Below are positions 63,299-64,000 of a DNA stretch of 64,000 nt, piece after piece. A program made the position numbers and the translations under genes. The first letter of the stretch is position 1; every line of letters begins with the position of its first letter. The stretch lies in the NCBI RefSeq assembly GCF_035594765.1, contig NC_085842.1:17832782-17896781 (forward strand). Direction: 5' to 3'. Below the pieces are notes generated by a model. That model was given only the letters and a program-made list of their open reading frames with translations. It searched no databases and had not been told where the DNA came from. This DNA comes from Anolis carolinensis (taxonomy: Eukaryota).

Positions 63299-64000
63299 TA
63301 TAAACAAGTTAAAATATAAAACAAAACAAGGAAATAACAATAACAATATAATAATCAGATAAAACAAATTCAAGCACAATTGTACAAATAAAACCATAGA
63401 AGCAAGGAAAAATCATATAAACAATTTCACCACCAAGGATAAAATTGGGGGGGGGGGGGGGGAGACCAGGACAAAGTGCATAATAACTAGACTATTTAAT
63501 ATAAAGTTCCTGGACAAGAGTCCCAAGTTTTCCTGGAGTAGAGTTAGGGATAGGATGGGGTGGGACAAGGGATAAAGTGCAAAATAACAGCATGTCAATC
63601 AAGAGGTCTGGATGTCTTTGGTTTACTCAAAAGTACACTGGAAGAACCACGTTTTGAGCTGTTCGATAAAGGCAGACAGGGTTGGGACGAGAACAGCCCC
63701 CAAGGTAGAAAGTTTGCCCATGCCTGCCCTAGAACCAAAGAACTACAGATGATGGCAGGGATATGGTGGTGGAAGAAAAATCCCATATTCATAGTTTTGT
63801 AGAGCAATTTAGAGCAGCATTGGATAGTGAGATCCAAGCTGGTGAGAATAGAAGGCAATAATTTCCAGAATATAACTCACCAAGTCAAAGCAGAAAGCCA
63901 CAGGAGTTCCCCAAAAATAGACTTGGATACACAACATAGCAAAGCATGCACTTTAATACAGTTTTCAGGTTCAAAATTCCCACCGACCCAGCTGGACCCA

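Overview
Vertebrate (squamate, very probably Anolis-like, judged from Sauria SINEs with (ACCTTT)n tails and a second lizard tRNA-SINE) genomic DNA. It holds a minus-strand tandem array of five paralogous SCAN-KRAB-C2H2 zinc-finger gene units, labelled here A (partial, 31-1800), B (4672-13650), C (18399-24800), D (28432-42050) and E (about 45800-61050). Each complete unit has the same exon plan: SCAN exon, 124-127 nt linker, 44-71 nt linker, 127 nt KRAB-A exon, zinc-finger exon. The units sit in dense transposon debris (CR1, L2, L1, R4/Dong, Penelope, SINEs, Tigger-like and hAT MITEs, LTRs, a Helitron end). B, C and D splice into open SCAN-KRAB-ZNF proteins with 13, 11 and 8 intact fingers. Unit E is the stand-out. 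Its zinc-finger exon has lost its splice acceptor and is frameshifted, but just downstream is a co-oriented hAT (ZMYM1-like) transposase with two open exons. The first acceptor of the transposase is in phase with the KRAB-A exon, which predicts a ~1202-aa SCAN-KRAB-hAT transposase fusion protein, i.e. a zinc-finger array replaced by a captured transposase. All splice models are read from sequence only; no expression evidence is available.
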